A stretch of 64,000 bases of DNA from Auanema rhodensis (lineage: Eukaryota > Animalia > Nematoda). Every line of letters begins with the position of its first letter. Position 1 is the stretch's first letter. Position numbers and translations under genes: made by a program. The notes below the pieces were generated by a model. That model saw only the letters and a program-made list of their open reading frames with translations. It did not search any database and was not told the origin of the DNA. The stretch lies in contig OZ059897.1 of the NCBI GenBank assembly GCA_964057225.1, forward strand, positions 14,818,001-14,882,000, given 5' to 3'. Shown here in pieces: positions 14,901 to 28,629 of the stretch.

Positions 14901-17900
14901 CAGATTTTAACAACAAGTATGGAAGGAATCCCGATAGCTAAACATTAATGTTTAAAAGATTCAACTATATATATATAGGTATACCTCTTCTGGACTCATT
15001 TGTTCATCAGCAGCTCTAACGCATTCAGCAATGTGCTTAGCAAGATCCAAAACCTAAGAGCAGTTGAATAGTACAAAACGTGCATAAGAATTCTAACTTT
15101 AATCAATACAGCTGGGTTAGTTTCAAAAAATCTAAGAGTACACCATTTCAAAAGAAGATCACTGTTAGCTACAAGAGCCTCTGGAGTTGTTTGACCAATC
15201 TTAACAACAACAAATATTAAGCACTATAAAATAATATTACCGTTGTAAGCATTTCACAAGCTTTTATGTGCTGTTTGAAATCTTTGTGAAACAGAAGACC
15301 GTGAAGAGCAGGTTTTGAGACTCCTCCTAGCAAGTCTTGTAACTGGGCAACATGTTCAGAGGTGGGAGTAGCAAAATTCCATTTAATCAACTAAAAAAAA
15401 ATAAATATAAAGTAAATTTTAAATTTCTAACCTTCAGTGACTTTTCATTCTTGATTCGAACAGCCTTCTCAGCGTTCACGATTAGCATAGACGTAGGGCT
15501 AGAAGACTCCGCTGGAACTTCTTCCTAAAGCAAGCCGATGAAAAATGTATGACAGAAAGTGTAAATTACAACTGGTTTAGTTTCTTCTTTTTTAGGTTTA
15601 ACAACTTTTTTAGGAGCATCTCCACCACCAACCTTAAGATTCTGAAATGCACGAGCTTTCTTTCATAAACAAATCGAGTAAAGGAATAGCCCAGGATCTT
15701 CACGAAATATCAAACCTCATCTTCGACAGTTCCAGAATTTTGACGAGAAAGAGGTTTCTTCGCTGGTGGTGCGGCTTTGGCAGCGGTTGCAGCAGCTGGT
15801 TCCTACACAACGAAGGTACAACACAACAATAAACAAGGTGGGGGACAACACAGTTTACACACAAACACAAACACGATGTGAATAGATAATGAAATAAACT
15901 TACATCAGCTTTGTGCACAGACTGAACCATGGCTTGCACAACTTCTGGTCCAACTTCTTCGGCTGCCTTTTGACAAAATTCTTTTATCTAAGTTCAAAAT
16001 TTAATAAACAAAGCTTGACGTTTTGTACCTTAGCCATCTTCAACTTGTCCTCGGCTATATCAGAAAGTAAAGCAAGAGCTGGCTTCTCACCAATTGCGCG
16101 CATAGCAGATCCTAGGGCCGCATACGAAGCATCACGAACTTCAGGATCGGAATCTCCTGTATGCTAAACACTACATTTGTTTTTGATTTATATCACATTC
16201 TAACCTTTATCAAAAGAGTAGAAAATGCTTTCAAAGTCTTTTTAGGCATTGTAGATGCATTTAATTTCTTAAAAGCTCTGAATATAAAAATGGTTAAAGA
16301 ATAACAGAAAATTATCAAAACCTGTATAAAAACAAATCTGTTTGTATCTTAATGTTAGGATTCTTATTTTCCATAGCTGCCATGACATCTTCTTGCATAG
16401 ATTCCAATGTAACCTAATTAACTTGGTCATTCACCTCTAACTTCAGAACTTACAGTAGAAGAAACCGAATCGATGCATTCGATTAAAGGATCCCTGAGCA
16501 TAGGCTTCTTCTCCTTGAATTTTTCAAAAATTTTCGGAATAACAATTGGAGCATGAGGAGCAAACTAAATTAATTAATTAATTATAAACAAAAGAATAAT
16601 TGACAATTACCTTCTTCCTCAAACCGTCAGCTAAGCCTTTCACACACTTTCCTGCTAGCGAGCAAACATTAATATTAGCATCCTTTTCCAAAATCTCAAA
16701 TAAACCATATTATTTTAAAAACGTAAACATTATAGAACTTTTTTCAATAATTCAATCATAGGGCCATAACTAGCTTTAGGATCGAGCTTTGGGTCCTTCA
16801 ACATTAGATCCAAGAAAGACTATAACAAGAAAATATTACAAATTATTTTAAGTTCTCATTATTACTTGCAAAGCAGCTGCACGTTCTGACCATTTTTTAC
16901 TTTCGATGTTATCATTGAAATCGCTGGGAAGTTTCGCAAGAACATCAACAGCAGTTAAAAATTCAAATGGATCAGCTTCCTTAAAAGTAAATAATAAACA
17001 AGTATTCTAATTTAATCTACCTCTACAGCAGCAGGGGCAGCCACTGCACCTGGTGCTGATGAGCCTGCGCTAGAAGAAGCACCAGATTTGCTAACTTCCG
17101 GAGCAGCAGCAACTGGAGCTTTGCTGGCCATATATTCATTGTGCTCTTGTTTAGCTTTTTCACTACTCTCAACTATCTAAAGAAGAACATCAAAAAATGG
17201 ATGTCTATGAATAACTAACTTTTTTCATTTTCTCATCCGAAGCAGCATCACCCAATAAGGTTCGAACGCCTTTTTCTCCAATAAGTCTATACACAGCACC
17301 TAAAGCTTGTGTTGAAGCTTCGCGGACATCAGCATCAGCATCTGCCATATTTTTCCCCAATAAAGGTACTATGGCCTTCATGAAAGGTTTAGGTGCCTGG
17401 AACCAAGAATGGAATATATTCAGAAAGTATAAGGTAACAAACTTTTTCATTTGTTAATGTGTTCAGCGATCTATATACAAATAATGACACTTGTTGCTTA
17501 ATTTGTGGATTAGGCTTTACAATATAAGTTGAGATATCTTCTGTAAGTCCTTCGATGCTAGGTATCTGAAAAAATAAGTGGAAACTTTGATCTGATGTGA
17601 CTACATACAGTTGCGAACATAGCATCGATGCAATCAACCAAAGGTTCCTTCAGTAAAGGTTTTTTTTCCTTGAGCTTTTCGAAGGCTATTGGGAAAATCT
17701 ATGTAATTTATTAGTAGAACACAAAACTTTGCACACAAACCGGTTGAGCATATGAAGAGAATTTTTGCCTAAGACCTTTAGCTAATCCACTAATACATTT
17801 TGCACAAACAGCACAAACATTGATATTTGCATCTTTTGCTAACATCTGAAAATTAGCTAAGTGCTTTCTTCTAAAAGTAATGTAACTTACAGTTTTCAAA

Positions 17901-18082
17901 TTACCAGATATATCTGAGTAATTTGCCTTTGTGGATAAACGTGGATTAGCATCTATTAACCCCGCTAATTGTTCTAACACTTCTTTTCTTTCTAACCATT
18001 TTTTCGATTCCCGCATTTCTTCAAAATTTGCTGGAAGCTTAGCAAGCACGTCGACTTCATCAAGGAAGTCCCAATCACTCAT
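11963..18082 (-). CDS. zyg-9: XMAP215/ch-TOG microtubule polymerase
   Basis: Starts MSDWDFLDEVDVLAKLP..ESKKWLERKE. Repeated TOG/HEAT units (ESKKWSERAAAL, KDANINV, LRFFETNPAVLIKV, SKNARQRTECL, VSDRDNNVRNAAIN). Confidence 0.93.
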
Positions 18083-18357
18083 TTTCTGAAAACAGTGTAT
18101 TAATAGTAAATTATTAACTATGAATAATAGTTTACAAGAAACACTTCCAACAATAAAGCAAATTGTCTTCTATAGAAGTATAGGAATTAATATGGTGTAA
18201 AATAAATATTCAAATAAGTTCGATATTGTGAACTACTTGGTATCATTTTAATTAATTTTATAGAGCTTATAATTAGCTAATGATTAATATATCGCAACTA
18301 TTTGAAACTAAGCAAAATTATGGCAAAAGTTCTACTCATTTTAAAAATTATGCAATT

Positions 18358-18380
18358 GGCGCGCGGAAAAATAGGCGGGA
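18358..18380. promoter_or_regulatory. E2F/DREAM-like sites upstream of zyg-9
   Basis: GGCGCGCGGAAAA and GGCGGGA form a GC island in an AT-rich divergent intergenic region. Confidence 0.5.
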
Positions 18381-18704
18381 CATGTTGTCTGTGCAGAGTA
18401 CTCGTACATGCGTAATATATTTTATGCGAACGCATGTAGATGAACGGTAATTGCTTATAGAGAGAGATTCTGTAGATAATCTAAATATTAGTTAATTAGT
18501 TAAACTTTATGTTGTATATTTCAATTTAGCAACAGTTAATTGAGCTGTTATAACCTTTTTCATAGGGGTACAAGCTGTTTGCCCGTAAAAAATAGCAGTA
18601 AATGACAGGTTTTCTCGTATTTCTGATTCGATGCAATAAAAGGCAGACGACATGCGTTCGAGTCGTACACCATCGATTGTCGCTCAAAATATATTCTATA
18701 AAGA

Positions 18705-19103
18705 ATGCGCTTCTTTTTAATTCTCTTGACCCTCTTTTTTGTATGTATTTTGATAGATGTGACATACTCTGTGACACCGCTTCGTCTCGGTAAGATATTC
18801 TATTTAATTTTCTATGAATAATAATAGTAATAAACTATTAGATGAAATTAAAGAAGAAGATATTGTTGGTCTTGAAGAATTTTTAGAAGGTTTACATCCA
18901 GATGTTCGTGACGCGGTATCGTTAACTTTCACTTAAATAATCAATAACGGGAAAAGTTTATTCAGGTGTTAGATCTATTAGATGCCAAACAAATCCCTGA
19001 TCAGGAAACTGCAAATGAACAAATGAGGACAATAATGAGAACTTTGCCCCGGAAAACTCAAGAAGATTTATTTAATTTATTTGTAAATACAATGCGCGGA
19101 TAA
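18705..19103 (+). CDS. Small (~98 aa) secreted helical protein, possibly SXP/RAL-2 (DUF148)-like
   Basis: Three exons splice in frame: MRFFLILLTLFFVCILIDVTYS (signal peptide)..DEIKEEDIVGLEEFLEGLHPDVRDA/VLDLLDAKQIPDQETANEQMRTIMRTLPRKTQEDLFNLFVNTMRG*. An AATAAA lies just downstream. The family call is tentative. Confidence 0.7.
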
Positions 19104-22100
19104 TAATTTTGTTTGTAAATAAAGAGTTTGTAAAGTCAAATCAGTTAAATAGAAAAAACATAGTTGTAACTTGTTTTTTTTTCAGGCATCGTTCTATTAT
19201 CTTTTCATAATGATTAATTTTTATCATTTTTTTTATTATATTTCTATGCAATGTACAAATACTTTAACAAATTAAGAACCAAAAATTAAAAATTTTTGCA
19301 AAAAAAATACCACAATTGTATTTTTTAAAAAATCATTTGAGTAGTATACATAAAACAATAAATTATAGTATCTAATTAATTAATGTCTTATTATATTTTA
19401 ATTTTTTCCTAATAAGTGGGCGAATTAAAAGCTTTTACATAATGGTTAAACTAATTGAAATAGTGAAAAATTAATTTTTTAAATTTTTGTTCAATCAGAA
19501 TTTTTCTAAATTCAGATAGATAAATAATATTGATAATTCTTTTTTATTACTGAGATAGTGATCAACTTCTTTCAGGTTTAAATAAATTTTTTTAAACCAT
19601 TTCTTTACTATTGCACTTATGTTCAGATTCTGAACATTATTAGATCGAAACCTTATCAAATTTGCACCTTTGTCCATCAATGCTTGAACTTTCTTTCAGT
19701 TTTCTATTCTTTATTAAAGAAGTTTGTCGGCCACCCTTACGAAAGCCATATAAACGAAATAATTGATATATCTATGTGAAATTGAGAAGAATATAACGAT
19801 TTTAAACATTATCTAAACACACAGAAGAAGAAGATTAGAAGATTAATTTAGTCTAAATATATTTTTAATTTTCAAGATCTTCGTTTTTTCTCTGAAAGAA
19901 AAAGTGAAAACTTTTCTGTTTCAAAAAACTTGAGACTTGCAACTTTGACATGCATTATAGGGAGTTATTTCCCATGAATATTTGAAATAGTAGCAGTTTG
20001 TCTCATTTCTTTTCAATAAGAAATATTCAAAATGTTTTAGAAAATCTAGTGAATAAGATGATATAATAGGGGAATAGTCCGAATGCTATTGAATATTACC
20101 CTTTCATCTTAAATTCATAATATTTCCGGGTAATTATCATTTCTCTGAGTAAACGATATATCTGAAACTGGTGATAGTTAGTGCATTGTTAGTTCAAACG
20201 AAAAATCGCGATTCGCTCCATATAAAGGACAGAAAACTTGTATGAATTCAGATAAATATCGTTATTGTGCCTGATTCATATACACATACATACACACCAA
20301 TCAACAGAAACGGAAAGAAACTTTCGAGCATACGTATGTCCAGTTTTTCAAACTAAAAATTAGGGACATGATGTACTTTTCAAGTTTTATCTGCAGTCAA
20401 CTTGCAATGTTTCAAAATTGTGATTGGCAGACGGTAATCTAGAGAAAGATAAAACGTTAAATATCATCAAAGTATATGCTGCTGTCAACAATGGCGCCAT
20501 GATCCATTCCTCGAAGTCGGCGTTAGTGATGTATCTTTTGGTTCAACGATTCTAAGTACTGGTGTGACACCTTATCCCTTTGAAACCCGGTAAAACTGTT
20601 AAAAGGACAAAATAAGTGCATTGACACGCGAAGCTAATTATCTGATTTCTCATTACAGAAATTAAAAAGTCAAATATATGGATAAAAAACTGGAATGAAT
20701 ACAATTACTGATAGAATTTGAGAGCAAACTATAAGGTTTGAGAAGCACATAATGATTTGTTCAATCTCTTTGCTTTTACTAAAAGGATATAACTTGTATT
20801 TCTGCAAGATTTCACAAAAATTTCAAACTTAGTTATAATCATTGTAACATCCCTTGATCATTAAAATACCAAAATTAAAAAAAGCGTTCAATGTTCGAGG
20901 TCAATATTTCCGAATCCGGTAATTAAAAAAATGACCGGATATCTTTTTACCTTGATTTTCAGAACGCTTCCATGTCATTAAAAAATAAACTTGAAATAAA
21001 TTGTCTTTTAAGAACATAAAATATTTAATTAAATATACTAAATATATATTAATTACGTTTCTTATATATTGTCTACAATATTGCTTTTATTGCAATGTCG
21101 TCATTCAAAGGTCTTAAATATAATTTAATTATCAAATATTACTCATAATTATTATGATATAACAACTTAATTATCATTAAAGTTTATACAAAAAACTTTT
21201 TTAATTTTTGAAAAGATTAAACCATTCTATTTTTGGAAAACATTAATAATAAATTCAAATAAGAATTCTTATAAAGTGAATGTCATCATATGAATCTGAC
21301 TCCCTTGAAATAATTTGGTTGATCTTATTCAAAAACAGTTAACCATACTAGTTTTAGGCGAATTTAAAATTTCGATAATGATGATATTTCTCTCAGTTTT
21401 ATTGTCATTTTCTCGTGAGCAAGTATATATATATATATATATAAAATGTGTTTCCCAGGCCCACGACATGCAATATAAATTTTCTTTTAAAACCTTGAAA
21501 AAGGAATTACAGTAAGAGAACCGGAAATTGCACTTTCTATCCATATTCTAACGCTACTGTTAGTAATGCATAAAGATTTATAAAATAATATTTAAGGAAT
21601 GTCTCTTATACAAAAGGTCATCTAGACCTCCATGACAATAAAATTCGAAGTTTATTGATTAATCTTTCTTATTGTTTTCGCGGAGTCTGTAATCAAAAAA
21701 TAATTGTGAAGACTGTCGGATGAGTGTATCCGAGGTAAAGAGAGATGATAGTGCTATTTGGATGAATAAAAATCACTTTCTCGATTAAAAAAAAAACGAA
21801 ACATAAAAAATGTTCGGTCAGAAACAGAAAGTTGCAAAAGTGAACATGAAAGATATGACGTATTTTGAAGCAACTCTGGGGTTTCCCATTATAACCAATA
21901 CTAAGATGAACACTTTTTTGTTCCATTTTGTGTAATTTTAAGTGAAATAAATAATACATTCTTTATCATTTCATAAAAATATATCTTTTTTATCATATAC
22001 TCTAATTTCTCGGTTTTCCTATTTTTCTGTTCGTTTCATGCTGCCAATTAGTCATCGTCGTCTACCGTAATCATATCAGTCTTTTCGTCTTTTGTACTTC

Positions 22101-24385
22101 AAAATGTGTATTTCTATGATAAAAATAAATATATGCAACTTCTTACATCATTCAGTTTTCTTTTTTTCATCAATTCATGTGGTACAGCTAAAATGAAATA
22201 ATTATTTAATAAACGATCATCCTACTCGTCTGTGCATTATAATTGAAGCCGCGCCTACTACTATTTTATTTTTCAAATTAATATTTAAAAAACATTTTTT
22301 TATGTCTATTTTTTGAAAATTAGTATGAACTTATCCTTTAATTACTTCAAACCCTTCAATTATTTAAAGCTCTTTTGAATCTTTGCTCTTTTCAGCATGA
22401 TATAAGAAAGAGAGGAAGTATGTATTTTACTTAATCAGTAGCTTATTTTTGCTTCTGATGATTGTCCTTGCCAGATTATTGAGTTCAATATTATTTTTAG
22501 GAAAATTTATGTTTCAGCTTTGACGTCAACTGTTGCTTATGATGTCTACAGAGACAAAGAAAGGCCATATTTAGTATATGAAGATATAATAAAAATAAAA
22601 ATTAATAGTAGAATATTTATATTTATTTTATTTTTCTTAATGTAAAGATAAATAAATAAATATTATGTACTTTATTCATATATTCTGCAAATAGAAATAT
22701 TTTAGATTAAATCCCACTAAACTTTAAAATATTAATAATATAGTAATTTAATTTATTTATACTACGTAATATCAATTACTCTATTCGTTTCACATAAGCT
22801 TCTGATTAGGTTGTCCTAATTCAAAAATATTTTTTCTTCTAATACGCTTTCATTCAAAATTAGTTTTAGTTTCTTAAATATCTCCTACATAATCTACAAA
22901 TGTTTTTTGAAATACATTAACCAGCAGCAGCTAAAACATAAAATGCTGAGGAGAATGCTTGAATGCATATGTTGCAAAAAAAGGAGATAAAGAGAAACCT
23001 ATAAACATAAAGATGAACATGGAAAGGGAGAAAAAGAGAAATAGAGAAAGAAAGCTATTTTCGAACAGTTCTTGCAAGCTTCTTTAGTGACTGTCATTAG
23101 CTTCGCAGTGATATGAATTTCTTTATATTTATCTTTTTATATTTTCTATCTTCAAAACGTATTCATTATTTCTTTAAAAAAAACCATTATAATTTGAATA
23201 AAAAGAAAAAAAAACATTATTTTCTAATTATATAAAGAACAATCAACCCGTATATGAACTTTAAGAATATCTTTTCATGATTTTCAATTTTTTCGAGATG
23301 ATCTTGATAGCAAGGGCAGGGTTAAAGATGGAAATACGAAATGCCCTTTTCTCTCTTTTTGCATGTTTCCTATATATCTGTTTCGGTTCTCGTATATGTA
23401 TGTGCTTTCCGATTTTGATATGTGAATTATTTGTGCTAAAACAATCAACTGATTAAAGATGTTCTGTGTTCCTATCTTGAAGAAGTTTAATGATTAAAAT
23501 CATAGAATTAGCCATATATTAAAACAAAATAAAAAAAATTATAATTTATAAATAAATCAGTAAAGTATAAGTTATAACTGTAAAATTCAAGAAAATTCGA
23601 AAACAAAAGTCTAAAGCCCACAGTAAAGTTATTTTAAACGGTTGTCCGAACACCGTTGATGTGTCATGTAGAAAGAACCGTTGAATACGAAAAGTGAACG
23701 TGAATTTTTCTAAAAGGATATGCAAGTGATTTATCTTCTTAAGTCATCCATATATCCATAAAGATCAATTCATTATCTATAATGTGTTATCAAAGACTAT
23801 GAGCGTTACGGTCCTCACCGCCATCGTCATGATTATCATGCAAAATCATATAACTAGAATATATGTATGTATCTCCTCTTCATTTATCCACATTCTTATT
23901 CGATTTCTCTCACTCACGAGAATCCGCGTGTGTATTTGTTCGTGTTTCTTTTGTATCTATTAATACATCTATCTACACATGTATATGACTTGATTATTAC
24001 ATTTTTCTTCTTTGAAATGTCTATGATAATGAGAATTGTTAAGAAAATAATATTTATTACAAAGAAATATTACCTACTTATTCCAATATTTCTTAATAAT
24101 CCGAACAAATGTAGTGTAGTACCATATTACAGCTGTGTTATCGTTAGATCTCTACATGTCTTGACGTCATGACACAAACAGTTAATTCGTAGTTTTTTAT
24201 TTTTTGTAATTGAGATAACATATGTACCTCTTTTATTAGAAGCAAAAATTGTTAAATTAATTATAAAAAATAGTTAATACTATGTAGTTATGAGGTCAGA
24301 TTACAAACATACTATGTAGGCACGTCTTACCTGGTGTTCCTTCATTATGAGCTCCACCCACAAAACCTTTTCTATTTCGAACGAC

Positions 24386-24410
24386 TCCGCCTCCCATTGA
24401 CTATAAAAGG
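24386..24410 (+). promoter_or_regulatory. TATA-box promoter candidate for the P450 gene
   Basis: CCGCCTCCCATTGACTATAAAAGG lies ~200 nt upstream of the proposed ATG (24602), with an intervening T-rich outron and a TTTTAACAG acceptor. Confidence 0.45.
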
Positions 24411-24601
24411 TGAAGCTGTTTCATTTTTGAACCAAAGCTTCATAAGTTCTAAACAAAGCTTGTCACAAATACTTGTTTTTTTTATAAAAAAATTGTTCCT
24501 ATTCAACTTTTTTTTTCATTTCTTCTATTAGTTTATGATTAGTTATATGATTTATTTTAACAGTGTATTGTGAAGAATCTGTTTGATACAAATCCAAAGA
24601 T

Positions 24602-27600
24602 ATGGTGGACCATTTGGCTGTCCTTAAAAGATTCGTTGGTAAGAATTATAATTTTATTTTATTTTAATAAGAAAATGTTTAAATCTGTTCATTTCAAATT
24701 AATTTAATTCAATTTATGATTTCATATTGAATATATAAACCTTTTCAGGTAAGACTGATACTCCTTCAACAATCGAAAATAATCCAACTGTTGAAGATGA
24801 AGTTGATCGAAAAAAATCAAGTAAGTATATGTTTTTATTTATTTAATTTCTATACATACGAATATTCCAAAAAAAACATATTATGGCTTGACATATTCAT
24901 AATCTGACCTCAAGTTTATGTATAGCCGTCTATAGGGCTAAAAGACATATGAATTGCTACAAAAGGATCAAGGGATGATCGGATAAGATCGTCTGTCTCG
25001 TCTTATACTCTCTGTTCTGCTTATCCCTGATGTTATCTCTCAGACAATCTCTTATCATTCTTATGAAGGCAAAAAACGTTTTCTTTTGTAGCTTTATTTT
25101 ACTTTTGTACTTATGCTTTACCTAAAAATTAGAAAAAAAAAAAGAAAAATTGATGTTATCATCACTTCGGTTTTATATTTATATTCATAATATTTCTACA
25201 ATATTTATAGAATTTTCCGAACAAAATTAGGAAAACGCCATTTTTATAATTTTTTCTATTCATGTTTCTTCTTTTCTTATACTTTTGAGAAATATCTAGA
25301 AATTATTTCTCTAATATTCCAATGAGCATATTAAATATTGTGAGAACATCAATCTTTCAAGAAACTTTCTACATACTCTCTCTCTCTCTCTATCTCTCAT
25401 TTTCTCACTCCTTTCTATTTCTTCATTGCCATGTAGACATTTTATGTACAGTATACCAACAGGATGAGGAATTACAAGGACATTTATTAGAGAAAAAGAC
25501 ATAAACAGCTATTAGATCAATGATAACAAATGAAAAACTTAATATTTGAACAAAAGCTGACAACTTAACGCCACACAATTATCATAGTAGATAGTTAAAG
25601 TGAGAAGACACTTTTGTATTTTTCGTTTTCTTGTCTTCCTATCTATCCAACTAATTTTGTGGGAAAGCATGTATGGTTCGCTTCAGTCAACTTGTTATTT
25701 TTCTTATGACTGGCTATTACTTCTTTTAAAAAAAAATCTACAAAACTTCTTCAATATATATTCAATATCTTATTTTTTTCAGGTTTAATTAGGCGTAACG
25801 AACTTATCTGTTTGTCTTATCTAACACTCGCTTACTTTATTCCAGTTATTTCAGCTATGACAGTAACATATAAGGGTAAGCCAAGAGATTTTGAATTTTT
25901 TTTTATTTTTTAAAAATTAGAAAATTTGTTGACTACTTCAGAATTTCTTTAACAATGACATATTGATTATTCATAACATTGTCATTGCACTACATCAATA
26001 GTTCAGAGAAAATTTAAAGATTATAGATGAGAATTGAAAAATATTTCAAATATAATAATTAATTTCACTTCAAAATCTCCTGAACATTGTACTTGAAATG
26101 TAGCTTTTTGTTCTCCAGGCTTGCTTCGACGAATTCAAGATGGTTTTAATGAGTTGGATGGAAATTATATTGAATTGGCTGTTCTTTACTACCTTTTCTT
26201 CATCGTTTTCATCAAGTGAGTTTAATTACAAACAGTCTGCTCGTTCTTCTCAACTCACGCTCATTTGTTCTTTTGTTAGCAAAAACCTTAGAATATTAAG
26301 AATCTAAAAAATTGAAAATATAATTTTTGAAATATGTCTTTTGCTTCGCAAAAAAAAGTTTTATGTTAGAATTATCATTTGCTTTCAAAATGAACATATC
26401 ACGCACCAATGTCATTGAGACTACTATTCAACTCAGACATACCAGTGTGGCCTACGTCGTTTTAATGCTGATGGTAATCCATACAACGTACACTTTCTAC
26501 CACACTCGTTTACGTAAATATCCACCTGGACCTGTACCACTGCCCATTCTTGGAAATACTCTGGAGGTTTGGTTATCTTTATTTATTTATTCATGTTCTT
26601 CTGATCATCACTATAGAGAATTTAAATTTTTAAATTTCAAAAATGGATTGTTCAAAAGTTATTTTTTTTGAATTAACGCTATGAGCGGTTGATTACACCA
26701 ACTAAACATTTTGCTGATTTATTTTGATTTCTTTAGATTGATACACGTCATCCTGCTAAAACATTATCTAAATGGCAAGCGAATTTCGGACCAGTCTTTA
26801 CTGTCTGGCTACCACATCCTATGGTCGTCATAGCTGATCATGATGTATTAAAAGAAGCCTTAATAACCAAAGGTGAGATTAAAAATAAAGGAATGTTTTT
26901 TTCAATAATTATCTATGTATTCAGGTCATTATTTCACTGGGCGTCCAGTTGGTTATATTTGGTCTATGTTCACGCATAACGATAAACATGGTGATGGCAT
27001 TATTTTATGCGAAGGAGAACGTTGGGAACAATTACGCGAGTTTTCACATAAAATATTTAGGTTAGTGCATAAAAGTATTCTACAGTATCCAGAAATTTTT
27101 ACTGTAATTTAATAATATATTTTAAATATAAGAAAGCATTCATACTGAAAGATATAGCAATTTTAATTTTTTTTTCTCAGAAGTACGATGGGAGAATCCT
27201 TAATGGAGCAAAAAATTCTCACTCATGCTCACAACATGGTTAACTATATTGATCGTTTGATGGGTGACCAAAGAGTAAACTATATTTCAAAGTTGTAGCA
27301 CTTACCGTATTCTATTTAAGGAAATTACTATGGATATCGAGAGTGTTATTTCTCAAGTTGTTGGAAACATCATTCAAGATTTTGTACTGGGAGATTCGTA
27401 TCCATTTGGAGATGAACGTTTTGAGAAATTTAAGAAGCTAATTGATGCTGTCTTAGCTGATGTAATATCTAATCTGTATTGACTTCGTTCAATTTAATAT
27501 GTTCCAGGTTGCATCTAAGCCTGTTCAACTTGTTAATGCTTACCCAATATTATCCATTCTTCCCATTCCTGCGATCAAAAGATATCGCAAAAATGGATAT

Positions 27601-28629
27601 GCTCTTCAAAGGTCTCTCAGAGCTATTTAAAAACGATATTACCGAAACTATTTAAGATATTTCTTACATGCAATTCATGAACATAGTCAAAACATGACAT
27701 TTGACGGAGAACCGAAAGATTTCATTGAAGCTTATCTTAGAGAAATGAAAACCACTCAAAAAGATAACCCTCACTACAAGTAAGAATATGAAACATTTAT
27801 CGTAGTCATATCTCATTTATTAAGTGAACTTACATTGGCATTAGCTGCTGGTGATCTTTGGACTGGTGGAATGGAAACTACAGTTACTACTCTTCGATGG
27901 GCTATACTCTACATGCTCTATAGTCCACATGTGCAGGAAAAATGCTATTCTCAGATCGAACAAGTAACAAACATCATTAAAATTTTAATATTGAAAATTC
28001 ATATTTATAGGTGTTTGGAACAGAAGAACCATCTTACTCTGCTCACAAACAACTTCCTTACGTAGAAGCAACTCTCGCTGAAACTCTACGTGTAGCAAAC
28101 GTTTTACCTTGGGCCATACCTCACAGGTTTTTATTCATAAATAAACTGTAAAAAAAAATTGTTTAGGACGACAGCTGATGTTAAGGTCCGAAATCATTTC
28201 TTCCCGGCTGGCACAGTTGTTCTTCCACAGTTTGGCACAGTTCAATTCGACCCACGCCATTTCCCTGAGCCAGAAGCTTTTATACCCGACAGGTTAGGGT
28301 ATTGGACTGAAACAAAGTATATTAATATTATTATAGATTTATTAACAATGGAGTCTTTGTGAAAAGACCAGAATTAAATCCTTTTGGAATGGGAAAACGA
28401 TCTTGTTTAGGGGAAAAATTAGCCCGTTACGAGTTATTCTTAATTTTAACGACTCTTCTCCAAAACTACGAATTTCTAAAAGAAGGTTAATTTGTAGCTT
28501 CTTATTTCCATTTTAATTCATCTAATTGCAGACAGGGAACAGTTGCCTTCAAGGGATCGTAGTGAAGGGATGACTAATGTTCCTAAACGGTACAAAGTTG
28601 TCGTTCGTAAACGTGCACATAAAATCTAA
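24602..28629 (+). CDS. Cytochrome P450, CYP2 clan (most like nematode CYP36A1 by recollection), with an N-terminal extension
   Basis: PPGPVPLP hinge, I-helix [14 protein letters not shown] (ExxR), PEAFIPDRF and the heme motif [10 protein letters not shown]. Core exons 26437-28629. Upstream exons 24602-24638, 24749-24820, 25846-25875 and 26119-26215 splice in frame; an alternative start at 26390 is possible. Confidence 0.9.

Noticed and set aside
22390-22575. Two small exon-like segments upstream of the P450
   Set aside because: There is no start codon and no in-frame connection to the P450 frame; they may be chance or UTR exons.
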